The translations under genes were made by a program, and so were the position numbers. The notes beneath the pieces were generated by a model, which had not been told where the DNA came from, did no database searches, and was given only the letters and a program-made list of their open reading frames with translations. DNA of 63,665 bases, filler included, from Thraustochytrium aureum (Eukaryota): NCBI GenBank assembly GCA_012862495.1. It is 9 parts of 7 records of this genome, joined end to end, with 100 filler letters (N's around TTAATTAATTAA, not from the genome) between each part and the next. Parts side by side here need not be neighbours in the genome. Positions count along the whole stretch, not along the records: positions 44,800 to 57,339 come from BLSG01000037.1; positions 57,440 to 59,905 come from BLSG01000040.1; positions 60,006 to 61,329 come from BLSG01000043.1; positions 61,430 to 63,665 come from BLSG01000048.1; 5 more parts are not named here. One strand, written 5' to 3'. Below are positions 56,901-63,665 of the stretch, piece by piece (positions within the stretch are counted from its first letter, which is position 1; each line of letters opens with the position of its first letter).

Positions 56901-57278
56901 TTCGCTGGGGGTTGATTTGCTGGCGCTCGTCCGACGGAGCTCGCCGTCCGGCTCGCACTCGTCTTCTTCGAGAGCGACCGTCTTGATCACGGCAACCGAC
57001 AAGGTCCTCGCGTCCCACCGCAGCCCATGCATTGCGCCGTTTACGGGGGGATAGCAGTCAACATGGCCCCCGGAAGCGACTGCCTTCAGCCGCGCAACGC
57101 CCCCCGCGATGCCCAATATCGTCGCTACATCGCCAGAGTCCAGCGCCGCTTTGTCCACGTCGCGTACATGTCTCCAAAACGCGCCGTTGCACCTCACCAG
57201 CGAGCCGTCCTCGCTCCGCACGAGCGCCACGCCCGAGCTGCGCAGCGCCTCGTACGCCACCCACTCCGCCTCCTCCAT
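53918..57278 (-). CDS. Cytosolic hybrid histidine kinase: PAS-like x3 - HisKA - HATPase - REC - degenerate REC (gap 54770-55039; several frameshifts)
   Basis: PAS_3-type GFWEWDIP...VRMIGTHSNLT; PAS VPIFWCDSSGRIATWNQPA; H-box AHEVRNPL; N-box LKQVLVNLAQNALKF; VEDSGPGI; GTGIGLSLC; receiver AIVDHYMP...GCSAN...GADSFLRKP. The 3' end is 54112 or 53918 depending on an indel. Confidence 0.9.
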
Positions 57279-57439
57279 ACCCGCGTCCCTCTCCGCCGGC
57301 CTCTTCCCCGTTGGCCCGCCTTCCCCGACTGCCCGCGCTNNNNNNNNNNNNNNNNNNNNNNNNNNNNNNNNNNNNNNNNNNNNTTAATTAATTAANNNNN
57401 NNNNNNNNNNNNNNNNNNNNNNNNNNNNNNNNNNNNNNN

Positions 57440-57702
57440 TCCTCCATGGTTTGCTCGTCGAGGAATTCTGCGTCGGGGGCATGTCCTGCGACAGCCGACA
57501 GTTGCTGCTGCCTGAGAACCTCGGCGGCTTGTTTGGCGGCCAGGTCCCTGCGGTTTATGGCTTGGCGAGCTGCTTGCCCTGCGAGCCGCCCCGAGTGGGC
57601 TGCCTGCATCCCGCGGGTCGCTTGCTCTGCCAAGAGCGAGACGCTCCCTAGCTGGTCCGCCTGGTCCACGGCCAGGCCGTGAGCCGCGCCGTTCTGGCTC
57701 AT
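57440..57702 (-). CDS. N-terminal fragment of hypothetical protein (truncated by linker)
   Basis: ATG at 57702, open frame MSQNGAAHGLAVDQ...EFLDEQTME running into the scaffold end. Confidence 0.45.
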
Positions 57703-58285
57703 CGCGGCGCAGGCTCGAGAGGCCACCAACGCAGCCAGACCAACCTACAATCAGCGCGTCTTAGCGGCGCTCGCTCGGCTCGGCGCGCGGCCTCCACAGC
57801 CGCGCAGCGCGGCGTCCGCTCGGCTCCCCGCCCCTTCCGCGTCGTGCGTCAGGTCGCAGCGAAACGCCCAGGCGGCGTGGGCGGCAAAGTCCACGATCCT
57901 TCCTGTCAGCACAAGTTTTCGTCCGGCGAGCGCGCGCCTCTTTGCGCGCCGCGGGGCCCGGGGCGTTGGCGCCTCCGGGCTCTGTTCGGCCGCCTGGCTG
58001 CCTGCCTGGCTGCCTGCCTGGCTGCCTGCGCGCCTGCCTGCTGCCCTCGCGGCCGCGTTTGACGCAGGTCGTTCGTTCGTTGCAAACCAGCCTGACTCTG
58101 CTCGCCAACCTGTGCCGCTTGTTTCTCGATGTGTCTGCTTCTCGATGCCTCTCTCTCTATCCATGTTAGTAGGTTAGTAGTAGTGGTGCTTTTCACCTTT
58201 TTTCCTTTTCTTTCTTCCTTGTTTTCCTTTGTTTTCTCCTTCCTTTGCGTAGGTACCACCGCTGACCGATCGTTAGACAGCAACC

Positions 58286-59904
58286 TTAAAGTATTAAAAG
58301 AACAAAAAATAATTTGAGACGGCCTACTTTGACGTGGGTGGTCGTAGATAGCGTCCAACATGGCGCAGTTGACGGGGCGGAGCCCTGCATGGCCACGAGG
58401 TCATGCCTGTCGACCATCTGCTGCACAAGTGTCCTTTCTAATCCGTACAACTTGTCTATTGCATTTCTGCCCGTACAAAAGCAGCGGATCTTCATGCAAG
58501 TTGGATGGGGTTTTGCCTGTTCCACGACCATGTGGACACCCCGACAGGACAACATCAATAGTGAAGCGAGTATGAAGACCTCTTCGATAAAATCGGTTTC
58601 GGAGCTTCGACTTATATACATTGAAGAGCTCTAGGAGGTCTTGAGACGATCGGCAACGGATTGGTGGTGCTGCAACGCCGGCACTGGGCGACTCGGGTTC
58701 GAAACGTAAAAATCCCCAACTTTCATGGAGAACGTGCACTTTTCGGCAACGCCAAACGGGATCATGACCGTTTAGCCTGGGTAATGAGGTTATCAAATAG
58801 CTAAAGCCGAAAGATGGCCGAGGTAGAAGCTTTGCATGGTCTGAAAATTGAGGTTGAGCGGTTTGTCTATGGTAAAGCCGAGTTGGCACCTTCCAGCCCG
58901 AGTATCCTGGCTGCAAATGCTCGGGCGAGGCCGAGCTTGCCGTCCTTCTTTTTAGTCTTGAAAATAGAGCGAGCCTCGTCTCTCGCGGCAAAATCGCGTT
59001 GCCTCCCCAGGCGCTGGATGGTCGTCTTCAGCCACCCGTTCACGGTCCCAGCTGTAATGTAACTATTGTACAGGACCCATTCGCGCACTGCGATTTGAGG
59101 GTCGGCGCTGAGGTCAATCGCAGGAGCTGAGGAATTTCCAGACGAACGACTGCTAGTCGGGGCGCCATCGACATGCACGGATGGCATTGTAAGGTTGGCG
59201 TCTCCTTGTCCAAGGCCGAAATCAAGCCGAGGAACTCGAGGATTGACCCCGAGCTGGTCATTCAAAATTGGAGAGCTTGCTCCACGAAGCGCGACGCCAG
59301 CGTGAGACCAGTTGGGCTTTCGCTGTGCTCTGGCGGTTGGCGTTATGGCACGAAGTACATGTTGCTGGATTTCCTCTTCAAGGAGACGAGACTCACAGCC
59401 ATCCGCCTGTGGCAGCTTGGAGACGGCCTTTGCGATAGCGGTATCGTCCAAGGCAATCCCAAACGCGTCTCTTTCAGCGCTGTCGATGGCCGTTATCACC
59501 TCTAAGCCCTTCGCGGTCTCGACACGGACTTGGACTAGTGACCGAGGAGAAGGACCATTGTGGAGCTGCGCGCGGAGGGATGCCACTGTGCTCTCCTCGG
59601 CGTCGATCTTGCTCCTCGCCTCGCGCGCCCACGAATCGACCTCGGACTCGCGCACACGCATGAGTGCTTCAAGCTCGGCCTTCAGATCCAGTTTCCGCCG
59701 CTTCGCCTCCTGGTCGATCTTCTCGCGATAGTCAGGATACTTGCGAATGTGCCAATTTGCCAAGGCTTCAACCTCCTCTTGCGCGGCCAAGCACTCGCCT
59801 AGATCTCCGCTTGACTTGAGGTAGGCAGCTCTGCCGAGTTCAGGTCCACGTTGGTCAATCCGTTCGCTGATCGAGGTCCAGTTACTAGCATGTCCGGAAG
59901 AGCC
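58286..59904 (-). pseudogene. Lower-GC hypothetical coding region, open at 5' edge and degenerating into stops/frameshifts after 58867
   Basis: ORF 58867..59790 extends to the scaffold edge and has a coiled-coil segment. Downstream broken ORFs lie in other frames. No recognisable domain. Confidence 0.4.
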
Positions 59905-60077
59905 ANNNNNNNNNNNNNNNNNNNNNNNNNNNNNNNNNNNNNNNNNNNNTTAATTAATTAANNNNNNNNNNNNNNNNNNNNNNNNNNNNNNNNNNNNNNN
60001 NNNNNATCTGTCCACCTTCGATCAGTTCAGCATTTGGCTTCTGGCCCTCATGGGGCCGGCCTGGGTCCCCTTCTGCG

Positions 60078-61062
60078 AACTTGATATTCTTGACAAGAGA
60101 ACTCAAGTGACGTTCCCAGTTGGGAACGTCCCTTGTGACGAGGATCGGGCGAGGTACGGGCGGTTATTTGCGGTCTACTCTGCGGTGGTTGCTTGCGGTT
60201 GCGGGTCGTTGCGGGTCTGCTGTTCCAATGGCGAGGCTGGGTCAGCGTGCGCGGAAGGTGACGCCACCTTCAATGAATAGTACTCCCGATGCGCTCCTGA
60301 TGGCGCGCGCGCTGGTTGCAGCGTGACGCCACCTTTGTGCATGGTACTCCCGATGCGCTTCCCTATACTGGTGCGCTTGCACAGACTGCAGCGCGCGCCC
60401 GCTGACTTTGAATGCTAGTTTGCGGTGAACCTTGTCGACTGCCTGAGGATGTCACCTGCGATTGGACGGGTCGAGTCCTTTGAGAAAGCCAAGTAGCGAG
60501 CCGCCTCCGCGGCGCAGTGAGACATCCAACGTTAGATTTTCGACAAGCGAGCTCAAGTGACGTTCCCAGCCGTGAACGCCCCTTGCTATGAGGGTCGGGC
60601 GAGACACGAGCGGTTCACTTGCGGTCTACTTTGCGGTGGTTGATTTCGGTCGCGGGTCGGTACGAGTCTACTGTTCCGATGGCGGGGCTGGATCAGCATG
60701 ACTTGGCGGAAGGTGATGTTCACCTTGGCGTTGAGTTATCCTGATGCGATCCCATGCACTGGGCAGTTCACAGCTGCATGGCATGATCAGAACGCTGACG
60801 CGCTGGGCAGTTCACGGCTGCATGGTATGATCCGAACGCTGTTTGCCGTGATTCTGCGCAGCCAGGCATGGCTGCGTCTCAGGTCGCACTGAGAGGACTT
60901 GGACGGGTCGAGGCCATGAGAAAGCCAAGTTCATGCGGCCAAAACCTACGTCTATGAGCTACGCGAGAATCAGGCCAATACGTCGATCGTGAGTCGACCT
61001 GGCATGATTTTCACATGCTCATATCGCCATTGCACGGGACGAGGCCTTTGAGAAAGCCAAGT
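60078..61062. repeat. Diverged ~440-450 bp direct repeat (2 copies plus partial third) with nested short duplications
   Basis: gacaagNgaRctcaagtgacgttcccag at 60092 and 60542; gagaaagccaagt at 60482, 60918 and 61050; nested duplications 60258/60323 and 60759/60803. Confidence 0.85.
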
Positions 61063-61164
61063 CAGACTTTTGCAGTGCAGTCTGTTTCTTTTGACGCTAC
61101 CTTTTCCATTATGCATTGGCCCAACAAAGCGTCCAGCGGGACAAACAAGGACCGCGCGTCGTCG

Positions 61165-61329
61165 TTATTGCGCGCTCCGCTCAACCATCTCCAGTACGCA
61201 CAGCTGGTGCGAGCTGTCAAACACAGCCACGACCGACCCGTCCGCTGATACCACGCTCCTCATGATAGCAGAGTCGCACGTGAAGCCGGCCGAGCGGGCT
61301 GCTTCCGCGCCGCCAACCACGGACACGGT
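61165..61329 (-). CDS. C-terminal fragment, probable final beta-propeller (WD40-like) blade
   Basis: Manual translation TVSVVGGAEAARSAGFTCDSAIMRSVVSADGSVVAVFDSSHQLCVLEMVERSAQ*. Confidence 0.5.
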   Translation of the reverse strand, partial: TVSVVGGAEAARSAGFTCDSAIMRSVVSADGSVVAVFDSSHQLCVLEMVERSAQ

Positions 61330-61429
61330 NNNNNNNNNNNNNNNNNNNNNNNNNNNNNNNNNNNNNNNNNNNNTTAATTAATTAANNNNNNNNNNNNNNN
61401 NNNNNNNNNNNNNNNNNNNNNNNNNNNNN

Positions 61430-63356
61430 AGTCCACCTCGGTCACGGACGGCTCGTCGGCGGGGTTGCCGTGCGCAGCGCCGCGCGCGCCAGCGCCCTTG
61501 GCGTAGGCGGACTGCAAGATCGGGTTCGCGAGGCGCTCGAGGTCGCTCTGCTGCTCCTTGAAGTGGCTCGCGTCCGCGTCGCCGTGGCTGTCGAGCCAGC
61601 TCAGCGTCTCGGAGATGGCCTCCTCGAGGCGGCGCAGCTCGGCTGCGTCCACCTTGCGCTTCAGCTCCTCCGTGAGCGAGTTGCGGAGGCTGTAGCAGTA
61701 GTTCTCGAGCTCGTTGCGCGCATCGACGCGCGTGCGCAACTTGTCGTCCTCGGCCTTGTACCGCTCCGCCTCGGCGACCATGCGCTCCACCTCCTCCTTG
61801 GAGAGGCGGCCCTTGTCGTTGGTGATCGTGATCTTGTTCGCCTTGCCCGTCGACTTCTCCACGGCCGAGACGTTGAGGATCCCGTTGGCGTCGAGGTCGT
61901 ACGTGACCTCGATCTGCGGCGTGCCGCGCGGCATCGGGGGGATGCCCTCCAGGTTAAACTTGCCGAGCAAGTTGTTGTCCTTGGTCATGGACCGCTCGCC
62001 CTCAAAGACCTGGATCAGCACGCCCGGCTGGTTGTCCGCGTACGTGGAAAACGTCTGCGTCTTCTTGCACGGGATGGTGGTGTTGCGCTCGATCAGCTTG
62101 GTCATGACGCCGCCGGCGGTCTCGAGGCCGAGCGAGAGCGGGGCAACGTCGAGCAGCAGGACTTCGTCCAGCTTGGACGACTTTGCCGTCCCGTCGTCCG
62201 TGAGGATGGCGGCCTGGACAGTGGCGCCGTACGCCACAGCCTCGTCCGGGTTGATGCTCCGCGAGGGCTCCTTGCCATTGAAAAACTCCTTGAGCAGCTC
62301 TTGCACCTTGGGGATGCGCGTCGAGCCGCCCACGAGCACGATGTCGTCCACGGCGCTCTTGCTCACCTTGGCGTCGCGCAGCACCTTTTCCACGGGGCCC
62401 ATCGTGCTCTTGAAAAAGTCCATGTTGAGGTCCTCGAACCGCGCCCTCGTGATCTGGGACGTAAAGTCGACTCCCTCGTACAGGCCATCGATCTCGATGT
62501 ACGCCTGCGTGCTCGCAGACAGCGTGCGCTTGGCGCGTTCGCAAGCAGTGCGGAGCCGCCGCTTGGCGCGCTCGTTGTCGGAAATGTCCTTCTTGTGCTT
62601 GCGCTTAAACTCCTGGATAAAGTGGTCCACGAGCCGGTTGTCAAAGTCCTCGCCGCCGAGGTGGGTGTCGCCCGCCGTGGCCTTGACCTCGAAGACGCCG
62701 TTGTCGATCGAGAGCAGCGACACGTCGAAGGTGCCGCCGCCCAGGTCGAAGATGAGCACGTGGCGCTCGCTGCCTCGCTTGTCGAGCCCGTACGCGATCG
62801 CCGCCGCGGTGGGCTCGTTGATGATGCGCATCACGTTGAGGCCCGCGATCACGCCGGCGTCCTTGGTGGCCTGCCTCTGCGAGTCGTTAAAGTAGGCCGG
62901 CACGGTTACGACGGCGTTCTTGACCTCCTGGCCAAGGTACGCCTCGGCCGTCTCCTTCATCTTGGCCAGCACCATGCTGGACACCTCCTCGGGGGCGAAC
63001 GTCTTCTGCTTGCCCTGGTACGTGACGCGAATCAGGGGCTTGTCGCCCGGCCCGGCCACCACCTTGAACGGAAAGTGCTTCATGTCGGCCTGCACCGAGG
63101 GGTCGCTAAACTTGCGCCCAATCAGCCGCTTGGCGTCAAAGATCGTGTTGTAGGGGTTCATCGACACTTGCGACTTGGCCGCGTCGCCGATCAACCGCTC
63201 GGTCTCGGTGAACGCCACATACGAGGGCGTCGTGCGGTTGCCCTGGTCGTTGGCGATAATCTCCACTTGGTCGTCTTTCCAGCACCCAACGCACGAATAG
63301 GTCGTGCCCAGGTCGATGCCGACGCCCACGCCCTTGAACGTGTCGCCCTTGGCCAT
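61430..63356 (-). CDS. HSP70: Cytosolic-type Hsp70
   Basis: [78 protein letters not shown]; ends PSVTEVD with the first base of a probable stop at 61430. Confidence 0.98.
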
Positions 63357-63572
63357 GATTGTCCTTGGCTATGCCAAAAAGAAAATTAACTCTGGCACCT
63401 GTCGGCTCTTGTTGCCGCGTTCGCTTCTCCTTCTTCTTCGCTTGTGCTTGTGCTGTTGCTTGTCTTGCGTGTCGTTTGGGGTCTGCCGTCGATGCCACCG
63501 CAGCGGCATCGTCGGGGCCACGTGCACCTTGGCGCCCTATTTGCCACCTTACAGAAACGATGTGGTAATAAG

Positions 63573-63615
63573 CTGGAACGCTCTGGAGCGCTGGATCAGG
63601 ATCGAGAACTCTCCG
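63573..63615. promoter_or_regulatory. Degenerate heat-shock-element-like arrays upstream of HSP70
   Basis: GAAcgCTCtgGAG and ATCgaGAActCTC fit the nGAAn inverted-pentamer spacing with mismatches, ~220-260 bp upstream of the ATG. Confidence 0.35.
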
Positions 63616-63665
63616 GCCGCTCGCGAGCGCTCCGGCCGGCCGGCCGGCCGGGCAGGCGGCGCGGC

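Noticed and set aside
7253..57278. Frameshifts in many genes (AP2s, GT32, DD3-3, APEX, NmrA, G-alpha, histidine kinase) suggesting programmed frameshifting, RNA editing or mass pseudogenisation
   Set aside because: They are single-base indels, often in short homopolymers, in otherwise conserved genes with no shared slippery motif, within a gap-ridden draft. Sequencing error is the simplest explanation; raw reads would settle it.
59700..59790. HMG-box C-terminus (HIRKYPDY)
   Set aside because: The upstream sequence lacks the HMG P-x-R-P/N-A-F and W motifs; the match is too short.
24315..61429. Eight regularly recurring TTAATTAATTAA palindromes (possible dispersed repeat or piggyBac-like TTAA sites)
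   Set aside because: Each is centred in exactly 44+44 Ns and stops all six frames: an assembly linker. Adjacency across linkers has no biological meaning.
21164..63356. HSF and HSP70 as a heat-shock gene cluster
   Set aside because: They sit on different scaffolds separated by artificial linkers.
61470..63389. 639-aa plus-strand ORF antisense to HSP70, and similar long antisense ORFs (44872..47640, 25175..27061, 34862..36142, 55..1011)
   Set aside because: Shadow ORFs caused by GC-rich codon bias on the opposite strand. The HSP70 antisense ORF is a well-known artefact.

Overview
Eukaryotic, GC-rich, intron-poor genomic DNA. The gene set (AP2 and HSF transcription factors, hybrid histidine kinase, She9, DD3-3, PUT-type transporter, myosin, G-alpha) fits a heterotrophic protist, plausibly a thraustochytrid/labyrinthulomycete stramenopile; this taxonomy is inference only. 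The window is not one locus. Eight identical artificial 100-bp linkers (44 N + TTAATTAATTAA + 44 N) join nine draft scaffolds, and many genes carry single-base indels that look like sequencing errors. About 30 genes or gene fragments can be supported, including several not represented in the ORF track: an RIIa/Dpy-30-like protein, a WH2 C-terminus, a WD40 C-terminus and a membrane-protein tail. The most unusual items are: (i) a compositionally atypical scaffold (42044-44699) encoding a Cys-rich protein with an HNH-like C-terminal motif, next to a 403-bp inverted-repeat element whose terminal motif and flanking sequence recur in a second repeat-rich scaffold (60006-61100); (ii) a G-alpha subunit with the catalytic switch I Arg/Thr and switch II Gln all replaced, lying between two GST-like paralogs; (iii) a signal peptide-DD3-3-TM-SH3 receptor-like protein; (iv) an unclassified basic-domain + PAS-like protein; (v) a dense GTGAGG motif cluster upstream of HSF that recurs upstream of other genes.
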